Of a DNA stretch of 64,000 nt, positions 12,601 through 27,600 are shown one piece after another. The stretch spans positions 41,292,001 through 41,356,000 of the forward strand of contig NC_087251.1 in the NCBI RefSeq assembly GCF_037042905.1, in the 5' to 3' direction. The position numbers and the translations under genes were made by a program. The first letter of the stretch is position 1. Every line of letters starts with the position of its first letter. The notes under the pieces are model-generated. The model was not told the DNA's origin, did not search any database, and was given only the letters and a program-made list of their open reading frames with translations. This DNA comes from Lytechinus pictus. Lineage: Eukaryota.

Positions 12601-15600
12601 AGTTAGAATAAAAGAAGGATGAAAGAAATAATAAAGGAAAGAAAAAAGGTTCCTTCATTCTTTGAAATAAATAAACAAAAAAAAAACGAAAGAAAAAAAA
12701 GGAATGGATAATGAATGAACGGTTTGAAAGAAAAAAAAAGGAAAGAAAAAAAAGAAGGTAAGAAAAAAACGGAGGATGAATGAAGGAAACAAAAATGTTT
12801 TCTTCATTCTTTGAGAAAAGAAAGAAGAAAACAGGAAGGAAGGGAATAGCAAAAAGGAAAAAAAAAGAAAATAAAGGATAAAAGAGATGAAGGAGAAAAT
12901 GAAAAAAGAAAGAAAATAATGGAAGGAGAGAAAGAACAAAAAGAAAAGGGAGAGGAAGGGAAAAGGAAGCAAAGAAAATTTTAAGAAAAGAAAGAAGGAA
13001 GCAAATAAAAAAAAAGGAAAGTATTTAAGATAAAGAAGGAAAAAAAGAAAGAAAAAAAAAACAATGAGGGACATGTAAAGAAGGAAAGAATGAAGAAAAT
13101 AAATGAACACAGAAAAAAGGGAAGGAAAGCTAGGAAATAAAAAGAAATAAAGATAGATGGAATGAAAAAGGGAATTCAGAAAAGATAGGACGAAGAGAGA
13201 AGGAATGGAAAAACAGAAAGAGAAAAAGAAAAAATCAGGAAGGAAGATAAGAAAGAATAAGGGAAAGGAAAAGTAAAGGAATGAAAGGAAGGAAAGAATG
13301 AAGCAAAGAGAGAGTGAAAGCAAGAAAAGAATGATCGTAGGAAAGAAGAAAGAGGGAATGACAGAAAGAATGAAAAGAAAAAAGGAGAGGAAGGGAGTAA
13401 GAAAATTAAGGAAAGAAAGAAGAAAGGAAATAAAAGAAGGAAAGTAAAAAAAGGAAGGAAGGAAAGAGCAAAAAATGAACAGAGAGAGAGAAAGGATCAG
13501 TAAAGAAAGCTAGGAAAGATTTGCAATAAGATAGAACCAAATAAAAAGCAAGCAGGAAGGATAGAAGAAAGGATGAAGAAAAGAAGGATAGAAAAGAAAG
13601 AAAGATAAAAGAAAGAAAGCAATAAAAAAAGAAATGAAGAAAGAATTAAAGAGAAACAAAATTCAAACTTCAAGCAAACAAAACAAATGTAATCATCTAA
13701 CAAAAAATCTTACTGATATTTGTTTTTTTTAATAATATATTAAAAAAGACTAAAATGTATTAGAAACGAATAAAATTTCAAAGTGAAACATTGTCAAACT
13801 TAAAAATTAGGTGAAACATCGCGGCATCGCACCTACACAGGCTAGGCATCCCTCTTCCCATTGCCGTGTCTCCTTGTTATCGTTGCGAAGAAGACTCAAA
13901 ACAAAAGGTGAACAACTAGACCGATCTAGTAATGAAAACTCAATAACTTGCTCCTCCGATTACATCACCAAATCATTAATCTGAGAATCCATTACATGTA
14001 ATTATAAAATTTCCTGCCGATTTTATGATTATTTTGTTGGAAAAACTGTTAATCATGTGAGATCGTTCACTTTGATTCAGAGTTTGCAAATCTCCTCCGA
14101 TCATGCAAGCCTGCCACACACCACACAGGCAGGCAGGCCAGGCCACGTGCAGCAGCTAGTACATGTACACTGCATGCTGACTTTGCGTGTGTGAGGGTGT
14201 GTGTGTGTGTGTAGATCCAAGAAAATCACGGAAAATGGCTTGCAGTTTGTATTGAGGGAAGTTGTTAACTTTGTTTTTTTCTCTCTCTCTTCTGTATTTT
14301 TGCTTGTGAAATATGGGAGAACTAAGTTGTAAACTATAATCTTACACTGAGAAAGGGCATGACCAGTTTTGAAAAAAGGGCACGTCGGCCAGTTAGAAAA
14401 AAAAGGGCACGGCCTATTTGGCCGTGAATTGATCATTTTTTGTAAGGGCATCACGGCCAGTTATAGGGGCATCGACAGCCTGGCCGTCGATTAATTTATG
14501 CCCTGTAACTTAGTAAGTTTATGGATCTAGTTCATGAAACATACACATCCAAGGGTATCAGGTATAAATTATATTAGATCACATGATCATGGTAAAAGGT
14601 CATGTTGGGTCAATGGACATAGTATTTTATTCTTCTTTTGTGAATGATTATTTAATAGCTGTTTTCAAAGTCAGCACTGCGGCTATATCTAATCGCGTAA
14701 TGCAGGCGAGACTGCCAGAGGTGTTCCACTTGTTTACCTTTAGATCTGAAAATTCATCATGTCAGTTTGATCCGTAAAAGCAATCTATGGAGATTGTGTT
14801 TTGTTAGATTAATTTTTTAAAAGAAAACTCATGATTTCCAAAGTCATGACTTTGAAAGACCATATTTTGATAAGAAAGCAAACTTGCTACAAATCAAATA
14901 TTTGTGTAGATCAGCTCACAAGCTTTCCAAAAATATATAGTTTGTTGGGGTACAGGTACTTAGTAAGAATCCTGTGCTTCATTACACACGGTAGTCGTTT
15001 CTGTACGGCACCGTAATGCCCCAGGGGAATAGGTTCTTGAGAAAACCGAAAATCCCTGATATGGGAAAGTTGTTTCTACCACTTGTCATAATTCATTTAC
15101 TGAATCGCTGATTTAAAATTTATATTGTCTTTAATAGTGATGATGTAATTTTCAAAAAGTCATAGCCTACCTCTTCCTTGTCTGATTTTATTCAAACTCA
15201 CCATCCTCTTTTTTTATCCTCTCACACTCCATTTTACACCCAAGGTTGGATCCCCATTTAATTGTCTAGTTTTTAGGTCATTACAGTTTGAGTTGACTGC
15301 AAAGCTCATACATGTAGACTACTTTTGATCTACTTTCAACGTTACCTACGATCGTGGATCTGAAGTTGACATAGACTTTTCAGTTAGACTTTTCAGTGAA
15401 ACATCGTCACCACTTTCCTTGGTGGATTCATTCTAGGCTAAAGTCTAGCAGTGCTTCTTGTTAGGTCATTTTGGCATCAGCAGCCTAATAGCAAATTATG
15501 GAGGCGGCTTCCTAAGTCTAATAATCCAACCTCTCTTCCCGTCAGAAAAAAACAACAAGGCTCCGTAACACAAAGAAATAAAGAATAGCGATCATCAATC

Positions 15601-18600
15601 GCTAAATGAACTGAACAATCAATATCAATGACACATGCGCATTTGGTTTAAAATACTGACCAGGGACCAATCAGTGCGGTTCTTTCATATTTGCAATCCA
15701 TCGCAAACCTTTGTGTTGTGGAGCCCAGGACATTGTATAAGGCATATTCATTGCTCTCTGGTGTTAATTGTGGAGCCTTTTGTAAGAGAAAGTTGCACTG
15801 CCATTTGTTTTCAATTTAAAAAAAAAAAGATTGATGCATATCTATTTTTTATAGTCGATAGCACTATTAGTGAGAGGGAAGTCTATAAACTGTATGAAAG
15901 AAAACCGCATAGTCATTTGTCATTGTATTGGCATTTAAATTGCAGAAGATTTGTCACTTCAAAACCCAGCTCACTTCAAGACGGCTTTCTCATGTTTTCC
16001 ATCACTGTGTAGAGAATGTGGTGAATATCATGTGGAACTTGGAAATTTCTGTAATTTGCTTGGTGATGTTTGCACTGTTTGTATATCTCATAAGGTGGGA
16101 GTAGTCCTGAGAGATGTTATTCCTAGTGATGATATTGAAGTCATGCCACCTTTTTAAACTCAAAACTCAATTAACAAATAATTGTAATTCGTGTGGAAAT
16201 TCATTTCTATGAGATATGTAGAGATAAGCAAGTTTTTAGATTCTGTGATTTGAGTTTAGTCTCATGGAGAGATTGCTTTGAAATGATGCTCAAATGTCTG
16301 TCTTGTTATGCAAATAAATAAACATTTATAGGTCTTTATAGGTCATGTTCAACCCAGAAAATTGTTGATTTGAATCGATAGAGAATAATCAAACAGGCAT
16401 AATGCTGAAAATTTAATCAAAATTGGATGTAAAATAAAAAAATTATGACAATTTTAAGTTTCCCTTATTTTTCACAAAACAGTTATATGCACAACTCAGT
16501 GATATGCAAATGAGAGAGTCGATGATATCCCTCACTCACTATTTCTTTTGTTTTTGTCTCGCCTGCAAACATGTAACAGAGCGAAACTATATAGGCCCTG
16601 CTTTTCTGATGGCGGCGGCAGCGTCAACATCAAATTTTAACCTAAGGTTAAGTTTTTGAAATGACACCATAACTTAGTGTATGGACCTAGTTCATGAAAC
16701 ATGGACATAAGGGTAATCAAGTATTACTGAACATTCTGCCCTTGTTTCGGGTCACAAGACCAAGGTCAAAGGTCATTTAGGATCAATTAAATAAGACCAT
16801 GTTGGGGGAATCAATATCGAAATCTTAACCTACATGTAAGGTTAAGTTTTTTAAATGTCATCATAACTTTTAAAGTATATAGACCTAGATCATGAAATTT
16901 TCACAACATGTTAACCAAGTATTACTGAACATCATGCTCAAGGTTCAGGTCACAGGACCAAGGTTAAAAGGTTATTTAGGGTCAATGAACTTTGGGCATG
17001 TTAGGGTTATTTGTTGAATTTCCATCCTAACTTTAAATTTGTATGGAGCTAGTTCATAAAACTTGAACATAAGCACAATCAAGTATCACTGAACATCCTG
17101 TGTGAGTTTTAGGTCAAATGACTGTAAAGGTCAAAGGTCATAGGGTCTATGAACTTTTGCCATGTTAGGGTATTTGTTGAATTACCATCGTATCTTTGAA
17201 AGTTTATGGATCTACATGTAGTTCATAAAACTTAGACATAAGAGTAATCAACTATCACTAAACATCCTATGCGAGTTTCAGGTCACATGACCAAAGTCAA
17301 AGGTCATTTAGGGTCAATGAACTTTGGTCATGTTGGGGATATTTGTCATCATAACTTAGAAGGTTTATGGATCTAGTTCATGAAACATAGACATAAGGGT
17401 AATCAGGTATAAATGATCGGTTTGCACACATCTTAGATCACATGATCATGGTCAATGGTCATTTTTGGTCAATGGACATAGTATTTTATTATCATATGAA
17501 TGCTTTCTTTTGTGAATGATTATTCAATAGCAGTTTTCAAAGTCAGCACTGCTGCTATATTAATCGCGTAATGCAGTCGAGATTGCCAGAGGCATTTCAT
17601 TTGTTTATTGTTTGAATTACATAATAATTCAATTTTTATAGAATTGACAGTAAGGACCAACTTGACTTCATCATAAACTGTTGAAATAATGGAAATTCCA
17701 CGTATTCACGGAGGAATAAAATTTTGTTTCACACAACATTGATGAGAAAATTAGAATATTTCATATAATAAAATACAAAAGATATAGTGAGTTGGCGCCG
17801 TCATCAGTCTGCTCATTGCCTCATTTGGTTACCGGTCAGGATGTGCATATACATCTACATAACTCTTTTGTGAAATTAAGCAAAACTTCCATATTTTACA
17901 TCCGATTTTGATGAAATTTTCAGTGTTATGCTTGTTGGATATTTCTCCTTTTATTCATATCAACTTTATGTTTGGGTGGACTTGTCCTTTAAATCCATTT
18001 ATTCAATTACTGAACGTGAGTCTCCTTATAGAGGTGTTTTAAATTTAAAGTGAAAAAAAAATGAGCTCAAAAATTTGCTCAAAAATTAATGAATGGCAAC
18101 ATCTACATGTACTATGTTATGGTTACAGAACTCTTCTTTTTTTCTCACCTGCATAGCAGAGTGAGACTTAAGGCACTGCTTTTCCAATGTTTTGGTGGCA
18201 TTTTCAACATTAATTTCTTAACCAAGTTTAAGTTCTTGAAAAGTTTATGGATCTATTTCCTGAAACTTGGAATTATATAAGGGTAATCAAGAATAACTGA
18301 TCATCTTTCAAGATGTTTAGGTAATAGGACCAAGGTCAAAGGTCATTTAGTGTCAATGAAATGTCATCATAACTTAAAAAGTATATCATGGATCTATTTT
18401 ATGAAACTTGGTCCATGGAAAAAGGATTATCAACTATCACTGATCAACTTGCATGAGGTACAGTGCACATTATCAAGGTCAAAGATCATTAAGGGGGTAA
18501 TGAACTTTGACCATGTGTGGTATTAAAGGGATGGTCCGGGCTGAAAATATTTATGTCTAAATACATAGAGTAGAATTCACTGAGCAAATTGCCGAAAATT

Positions 18601-21600
18601 TCATCGAAATCGGATAACAAATGATAAAGTTATTGAGGTTTAAAGTTTAGCAATATTTTGTGAAAACAGTCGTCATGAATATTCATTAGGTGGGTTGATG
18701 ATGTCATATCTCCACTTTCCGTTTTCTTATGTTATTACATAAAATCATATTTTTCATTATTTCATTCTTGTGTGAATAATATGTATCCCTTATAATGAAA
18801 TAAGTTGCAGCAATAAATATCTAATGCACTAAATCAGTTGTCAATCCAATTTTTCTAGTGAATATTCATGACGACTGTTTTCACAAAATATTGCTAAAAT
18901 TTATAATTCAATAACTTTGTTATTTGTTATCCGATTTTGATGAAATTTTCGGCATTTTGCTCAGTGAATTCTGCTCTATTTATTAAGCTATAAAAACTTT
19001 CAGCCCGGACCATCCCTTTAACTTTCAACCAAGGTATAACTTCGAAAGTAAATGGATCTATTCCATGAAACATGGACACAAGGGTAATCAATTATCAGTG
19101 ATCATCTTGCATGAGTTTCAGGTCATGTGGTCAAGGTCAAAGGTCATTTGAAATCAACAAATTTAGTATTTTATTTATGCATGTTTCATGAAAAATTATT
19201 CATCTTAGTTTTCAAATTCGGCACTGCTGTTATATTGAATTGCGTAATGCATGCAGGATTGCCAGGGGCATTCCACTTGTCACAGATTCATCTCTGATTG
19301 GACGACTGTGCTGGCTCTGTTGCCCCTACATTTTTTTTTACATTAGCGATCTTAACCCCAGACTATCCCTCTTAGCACCGCAATTTCTCTGCTAACCCTG
19401 CTATTTTGCAGGGCCAAGTAATCCTGTACTATAGGTGGGGTTAGCTCATTTTGCAAAAATGCTGCTTAACCACGTTCTATAGGTGTGGCTAAATTGCAAT
19501 TAGCCCCACCTATATGGTATGGAGTAAAGGAAATTTTTGCTAGTGTAAAATTGGTTATCACATCACTTCATACCTGAATGAACAGAGAGAGAGAGGGAGA
19601 GATAGAAGGAGAACTAGAGATAGGAAGAAGTAGAGGGATCGGCCACATGGTACGACATGTGACTTTCGGAGATGGATAATAAAAAACTCAATATGTTGTA
19701 CCACGTGTTATGCACTGTGACTAAAATACACGGTGACTAAAATACACGCGACTTGGAGAATGCTCTTTATCAGTGTTAATACGAAAATGACGTCTAATTG
19801 CATTAACGATTGGCATTTAATTCATTTCATTAAAAGGATTAGTCTTTGTTAAGCTCCCTTTTCTCATCTTGTTTTGTTTCCTTTTGTGTATTTCTTAGGT
19901 TTGATTTAATTTTGTTTCCAAGATAATTACTGCTATACACAAGTATTTAGTTTCCAGCGTAAGAGGCATCGAGATTTGTGTGGGCAGCTCAAACTTAAAC
20001 TGGGGTAATTATGGTCTGCCTCTGAAAAGATACTGTTAGATGGCACTCTCCAGAAGACCATGTTCTGGGAGAACTCTTCACTATTAGCAAAAAAAAAATG
20101 TATAAATGGATTATTTTGAAAACAATATTTCAAGGAATATGTAAGGTAGTGTTGAATTATCATGATGAAAAATATCTTGTTAATGACATCTCTTGAAGTT
20201 GTCATATCAGGGAGGGGAGCTTAAGAAAATACCCTTCCTGGTATGACTATCACAACAACTCCATCAACAATACAAAACAGAAACAAACGGAAAATGAGGC
20301 AAAATTCATAAAATTACCTTAAAACTTCTTTTATTACGCAAAGGCGCCCTCTTGCGCTGACAAGAATCGCACATGTACATGACATACCTCCCCCCTTAAA
20401 AGAAGAAAGTTATAGCAATTTAACTTTCTTTCATTTTAAAGGAGCATGTTGATAAAGCATAACATTATAACGCTCAGAAGAACGAGGAATATGAAAACTA
20501 AAAAAATTCATTCAAGTGTATAGTCAAGACGTAGCATCATAAACATTTACAAAAAGAGATGCAGAAAACTTCAATCAATAACAAGTTGGTTTTACCTTAG
20601 GAATTCCAATATCACTTAAAAAAACATATGCCAATACAACAAGGTGACTTAACTCTGCAAGACTCTTGTCTTTTTATATACATACATATAAGACCTTTCT
20701 ATAGCAACATGAGCTATTTAATCATAAAAAAATAAAATAAAATGCAAGAACTTTGATCCAGCTTCATGTTTACAAATGCAGAACCTGAAAAGAGAGAAAA
20801 AATAAATAAATGAAGAGAGTAAGAGTTAGAATATGTAGACTTGTTAGAACAGAATGAATTGTTCCATGTAATTGATAAAACGATTTTGTCATTAAAAGAT
20901 AGTTGTTAATAAATTGTTAGAGACATTCATTTCAAAACATTGCTTGACCACCTGGATGTTGGAGTAAAAAGAAGAAAATCACCCTTTTTTTTTTTTTTTA
21001 ATTGTTATTATTGTTAGTGTTATTTGTTTTTGTTTTCTTTTAATATTTTTATGTGAATACTAGTTAACGACCGGTTTGCAGCTTTCCGGTTATGTTTTTT
21101 TGTTTTTATTTTTGTATTATTATTGTTTTGTTTGTTGTTTCTAAGGAGGTTATTCGGCAATTGACTGTTAGATTTGCCTAAACTCTAGAAAGTGCATCCG
21201 CAATAACATTGTCATTTCCCTTGATATGAGTCACGTTCAGCCCATAAGGCTGAAGAAACAGACTCCAACGGAACAATCTCTGGTTCTTGTTCCTAAACCT
21301 TTCGAGGAAGGTTAGTGGATTGTGATCCGTGAAAACGGTCACATCAGGGCAGCTACTCAAATACACATCAAAGTGTTGAACTGCCAGCACCAGACCTAGG
21401 CACTCCTTCTCTACCGCAGAGTATCTTTGCTGGTGTACATCAAGCTTCTTCGAAAAGTAGCTCACGGGTTTCATGAAACCCTCTTCATCCAACTGAAGGA
21501 GAACTGCACCAACTCCTACCTCACTTGCATCAGTGGCCAGTAGGAACGGATGCTCAAAGTTAGGAGCCTGTAATACAGGCTTTGAGATAAGAACAGCTTT

Positions 21601-24600
21601 CAATTTCTGAAAGGCAATCTCACATGGTTTGGTCCAATCAAACTTGGTCCCCTTCTTGAGAAGATCTGTAAGAGGAATAGCAATGTCACTGAAATTCGGA
21701 ACAAACTTGCGGTAAAACCCACACATGCCCAGAAACCTCATCACCTCCCTCTTTGTGGAAGGGGCAGGGAAATCCACAATAGCTTGGATCTTTGCCTCTC
21801 GTGGGGCAACGCGTCCATGCCCTACTACATGACCCAAGTAAGATACTGTTGCCTGCGCAAACTCACACTTGGACAAATTCACAACAAGTCCTGCCTTGGT
21901 CAATCTGACAAACACATCTCTCAAGCAAGTTAGATGATCTGACCAGGTATCACTAACTACTAGAATATCATCAAGATATACTACAACATTGTCCAGTCCG
22001 GCAATTACACAATTCATGAGCCGTTGAAATGTCGCTGGAGCATTCCTCATGCCAAATGGCATAACCCGACACTGGAATAACCCCTGTGGGGTCACAAATG
22101 CAGAGATTTCTTTTGCCCTCTCTGTTAATGGCACCTGCCAATAACCTTTCATCAGATCCAGCTTTGTGATATACCTTGCATTACCAATCTGATCAATGCA
22201 ATCCTCAATACGAGGTAGAGGAAATGAGTCAGGTTTTGTTACAGCATTGACTTTCCTGTAGTCAATGCAAAAACGCTGACTCCCATCTGGTTTTGGAACA
22301 AGAACTACAGGTGAACTCCAGCAGCTCTGACTAGGCTCAATGACACCGCATGCAAGCATATACTCAAGTTCCTTCCGCACCTGGCTCTTCTTTCTTGGAT
22401 TCAAACGGTAGGGATGTTGTTTAATAGGCAGATGATCGCCTACATCAACATCATGAATAGCCTCTCCGGTATATCCCAACTTATCTCCACATACTTCAGG
22501 GTAATCAAGAAGTATTTGCACTACATCCTGCTGTTCAAAATCTGATGGATGACCCAATATCTTTGAGGGATCAGCCATCACCTGTGAGTTATTCACCTTT
22601 CCAGACATCCCTTCACCAATCTCCGCTTCCACCGGGATTTCAAGTTCTGCAGGAATATGTTCTGCTGCCTTTTCACAAACAACAGCAACTGTCGCCACCT
22701 CGTCACGATCATAATACTTCTTCAGCATATTAATATGGCAAACCCTCTTTGTTTTTCTCCTGTCTGGAGTACTCACAAGATAGGTTTCTTTACCCAAGTT
22801 CTTCTCTACCACATATGGACCACTGAACTTTGCTCTAAGAGGTTCACCCTGGATGGGCAGTAACACAAGGACTTTGCTACCAGGCTCGAATGAGCGAGGT
22901 TCTGCCTTCTTATCTGCCCGGGCCTTCATTGCACCTTGAGACAACCTCAAATGTTCCCCCGCGAGTTCACACGCCCTCAAGAGTCGTTCACGAAATTGTG
23001 ACACATAATCAAGCACATTCCCACTCTCCACCCCAAAATCTGACAACATATGCTCCTTCACCACCTTGAGAGGACCTCTTGGCTCATGGCCAAACACAAG
23101 CTCAAATGGGGTGAATCCCGTAGATTCATTTGGAGTATCACGAGAGGCAAATAGGAGGAAAGGAATGCCCTTTTCCAAGTCTCCAGAGTTCTCAGAGCAG
23201 TAAGACTTGATCATTGTCTTTAAGGTCTGATGGTATCTCTCAAGGGCACCCTGCGACTGTGGGTGGTAAGGTGATGAGTTTACCTGCTTGATTCCTAATT
23301 GATGCATCACCTCCTGGAATACACTAGACGTGAAATTAGAGCCCCGATCTGACTGGATGTCTTGAGGGAGTCCATAGCGTGTGAAGAACACCAAGAGGGC
23401 ATCAATAACCGTCTTAGCCTTAATGTTCCTCAACGGAAAAGCTTCTGGAAAACGTGTGGTGGAATCCATGACAGTAAGCAAGTATTGATAACCTGCCTTG
23501 GTTTTCGGCAAAGGGCCAACACAATCTATCAATACACGGCTAAATGGTTCAGGAAAAACAGGAATTGGAATAAGTGGGGCTGGTTTGATGTGATGTTGTG
23601 GCTTGCCCACCACCTGACAGACATGACATGACTTACAATACTCAGATACGCACTTCCTGAGACCAGGCCAGTAGAAATGAGCCCTAATCCTGGCCACTGT
23701 CTTCCTCACACCTAGATGTCCAGCAAGGGGAATATCATGAGCTAACCTTAGAATCTCTGCTCGATACTGGGGCGGGACAACAATCTGATCTACCGCAACC
23801 CAATCTTCATCAGCTGGGCGACCAGGAGGACACCATTTTCGCATCAACACACCAGACTTGATGTAATAACACTGTGAGACCTTCTCAGCCTCCTCTGCTG
23901 TCAAAGCAACATGATACAAACCCTTCAAGTCTGCAGCTGACTGTTGGGCTGCAATCAAGGCAGGCTGGCTGAAAACAGTCCTATCATCACCAGTCTGACT
24001 ATTCATTCTCTCACTCAGATCTCTGAAAATTGTATCCCCTAAATCTATGTCATCACCATTTTCAACCTCTCTCTCATCTCGCCCTGCCATAGCCTGCGCT
24101 CTGGTAACCGCACACGATGGAAAAATACCTGGGATAGCCGTTTTCAAAGCCTCTGTCTTGGAATCCACTACCGGCATGTCACTCAACACAGTAGATGGCT
24201 GCACCTTACCCCCAGCCAAATCATTGCCAAGCAGCATTGTGATTCCCTTCATAGGCAATCGAGAAACAACGCCAACTGTCACTCGCCCAGAAACCAGCCC
24301 ACTACAAAGTTCTACATCATATAGAGGAACAGATTTGAAACCTTCATTCACATCTTGGATCAGAACTCTCATGCCTGTGAAACTAGATTCAATGGATGAC
24401 TCATCAGCAATTAATAGTGTCTGAACAGAGCCAGTATCTCTCAAAATCACAACAGGAAATTCTTCTCCATCAACAGTGAACTTCACCGTGCCATCAGAAA
24501 TAAATTCCTTGTATCCTTCATCCACCCCATCACGAAACGTCTGCTTTACCCCATCACCACACACAGGGTCTCCTACACAAACCGTAGCCGGCCGAACAAA

Positions 24601-27600
24601 ACCGCTGGCCTGGACTTTATTCTGACCAGTATTCTTGTCCTTTAGTTTCTGACAGTGAGAAATAAGGTGCCCATCCTTCTTACAGTATGCACAAAACAAC
24701 CTGCCCTCTGGTCTAACACCATTAGACTGGCTACCACCACTCAACTTACTCTTCGGCGACTTTGACCTCTCCATTTCCTTATGTAACGTCTCGGACCTAC
24801 TCCAACCAAAACCACTCGCTAACGGACTAGAAGGTTGGAGCTGCGATGCGCTACTTCTATGTGACAACTCATACCCATCTGCCAACATTGCAGCATTTCT
24901 GACACTAACAACAGCATGATCATTCATGTACGTTTTAACATCACGGGACATGCATCTTGTGAACTCATCAATCAAAACAACCTCACGCAGTGATTCATAT
25001 GTCGTCTCAATTCTCAGAGACCGGATCCATCTATCAAATGCGACCTCTTTTCGACGTGCAAACTCAACACAAGTCTCTGCAGAATCCCTCTTGAGATCAC
25101 GAAACATCTGACGGTATGCCTCTGGGACTAGCTCAAACGCCTGAAGGATGGCATCTTTCATTTTCCAATAGTCAAAAGCGTGATCATAGCTCAATGCAGA
25201 CACGACAGACTGTGCCTTGCCTGAAATTACTTGCTGAATGAGCAATGCCCAGTCACTTTCAGGCCATTCCATTTTCCTGGCTACTCTCTCAAACAAAAGA
25301 AAGAACGAGTCTAAATCAGTCTCATCATACCTTGGAATAAGCTTTACCCTGGCAGAGAACCCAGCTTCCATTGACCTTTTCTCTCTCTCACCCAACTGCC
25401 CACTCTGAGACACAATTTCACTATGCCGCATCATCTCAAACTCCAGTCGCTTTCTTTCCATTTCCCTCTCATGCTCAGCAGCTCTCAGCCTATCTCTTCT
25501 TTCTTCTAGTTCAATACGGGCCAGTGCAAGCCGTACTTCATCACTGTCAAGTTTAGTTCTGTCATCACAATCATTATCAGAATCACCACTCATACTTTCA
25601 GGTATCAATTCCGCACGGGCCGCAATAGCAGAAAATAACTCTGCCTTAGTCTTCAAATCCGAAAGATCTAGCGACATTTTCTGTCCAACCGCTATCAGAT
25701 CATCTTTACGCAGCTGACGCAAGCGAACGAGTGTAAGGTCTGCCTCTAAAAACGTATCTACATTAAACTGTGCCATATTTCTCTATCCAGTAAATTGACA
25801 GAAAAAAAAGAAGAATGAAAGAAAAGAAACAAGTATTTAGGAGATCTAACAACAGTATGTCTAAAAAAAAAAATCATTAAAATGTCATGCGCCCATGCCA
25901 CGGACCAGGCTATGTCACACGCGTTTCAGTTTTGAAACCATATGTTCAGGTCTAATGTCAAAATAGTATGACCTAGTCTAAGAGACAAAAAAAAAAAAGG
26001 TCACATCAAAAACTCCTCTATTCTAAGACTAAGAGTCTAACTCTAACGTTAAGGCTCTAGAATGGCATAGGACCTAGACTGACTCAAGAATCAAGGATAG
26101 GTCTAAATCATCAAAGTAGACAACGTTACGAAATGTCCTTGCCGGCCAAACTCATCCAGGCAATGAACAGAGCAGAATCGCGACGAAAAATGTCCTGGAA
26201 AGTGTAGAAAAATGCACAGTATTGACAGTAAGAATATTAAATAGCACCAGCCAACGACTGCAGTACAAGCTATTTAATAAATAGACCTAAATCCTGAAAT
26301 CGAGACCACAAACAACGCCTACGCTACATGTAACTTAGTACAGAAGTAGCCGAGACAAGCAAGCAGTAGGCAAATGCCAAAGCAGAGAAAACCCCGACAT
26401 CAAATTAGATACGTGGGACAATAACGTAAACAAAAGCGAGATCGGACACAACCCGAGCAAGAAAAATGGCTTGTAAAATTATATTTCGGACAAGCCCCCA
26501 TATGTCATATCAGGGAGGGGAGCTTAAGAAAATACCCTTCCTGGTATGACTATCACAACAACTCCATCAACAATACAAAACAGAAACAAACGGAAAATGA
26601 GGCAAAATTCATAAAATTACCTTAAAACTTCTTTTATTACGCAAAGGCGCCCTCTTGCGCTGACAAGAATCGCACATGTACATGACAAAGTGCAATCTAT
26701 CAATATTAGAAGTATTAACTTATTCCATAGATAATGTTTTTAATTGACCGTGCATCACTAAACATAATTTTTCCTGTTTTTAGCAACTTGGTTTGCATCA
26801 AATAAAAACAAAAACAAAGTTCAGTGTTATGTCATATGAATTCCATACACCATTTTTGTCTTGCATGAATAGCAGGAGTAAGACATAGGGCCTTTTCACA
26901 CATGAATCTTGAATCATTGTAATGATGATTGCAATTCATCTTTAGAATCATCAGACCTTTCACACGCTCACTCGGAATCTGTGATTTGAATTCGAATTCC
27001 CGAGCGAAGGCGGTATGTGTCCTTGGTGACTAGTCAATCAAAGCGCTGCATCGCAAATGAGTGCATGACAATTGTATTATCTACAGAAGTGCTTTAAAGG
27101 TCACATAAACTCGGCCCCCAAAAGATGTTTTGGAGGTCAGGCCTTTCACACGCAAAATTCGTACCATAATTTGAGTGAAACTTAACTGGAATTCACCTCC
27201 GGAGTAGAATTTGAATTTGTGATTGTGATTAGCGTTTGTGATTCTAATATTATTCTAGTTTGGTTTCACACATTCTAAAAATTCGTATTTAGCCTTAGTT
27301 TTCACTGGAATCATCATTCAAATTATGATTTTTTTACTGTGTGAAAGGGTGGATAGGCTCTGGCCACTTTTGTGATGACAGCGGAGATGCTGTCAACTTC
27401 AAATCTTAACAAAGGTCTAGTTCGGGGGTTTTCAAAGTATGACCCACAGGCTGCATCCAGCCCGCTGAGCTTCTTAGTGCATCCCACTAGACTCTACTGT
27501 TTCTTTCCCTCTTTTTAATCACTTTTATGTCATAATTTGAAACATGCATCAATGCCACTACATTGTGAGCCCTCAGCCCATTGAACCATAATGAAGGTTG

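Larger units (their letters stand above)
11312..14733 (+). mobile_element. Helentron-associated HINE/DINE-like element, copy 1, interrupted at 11941-14505
   Basis: Starts TTTTTGTCTCACCTGCA..GTGAGAC; ends TGCAGGCGAGAC..CCACTTGTT (subterminal inverted repeat); internal tandem units with AAGGTCAAAGGTCA-type motifs. Confidence 0.65.
20200..26687 (-). mobile_element. Full-length Ty3/Gypsy LTR retrotransposon, Gmr1-like, antisense in TARBP1 intron 5
   Basis: Two identical 185-bp TG..CA LTRs, AAGT TSD (20196-20199 and 26688-26691), PBS, PPT, single gag-pol ORF. Confidence 0.97.

Noticed and set aside
12395-13703. Phe/Leu/Ser-rich minus-strand ORFs that resemble membrane proteins
   Set aside because: Translations of the polypurine/polypyrimidine low-complexity tract
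20385-21177. Possible env gene between pol and the 3' LTR
   Set aside because: AT-rich with no substantial ORF in the track
22545-25556. Several + strand ORFs within the retrotransposon
   Set aside because: Antisense shadows of gag-pol with no recognisable motifs
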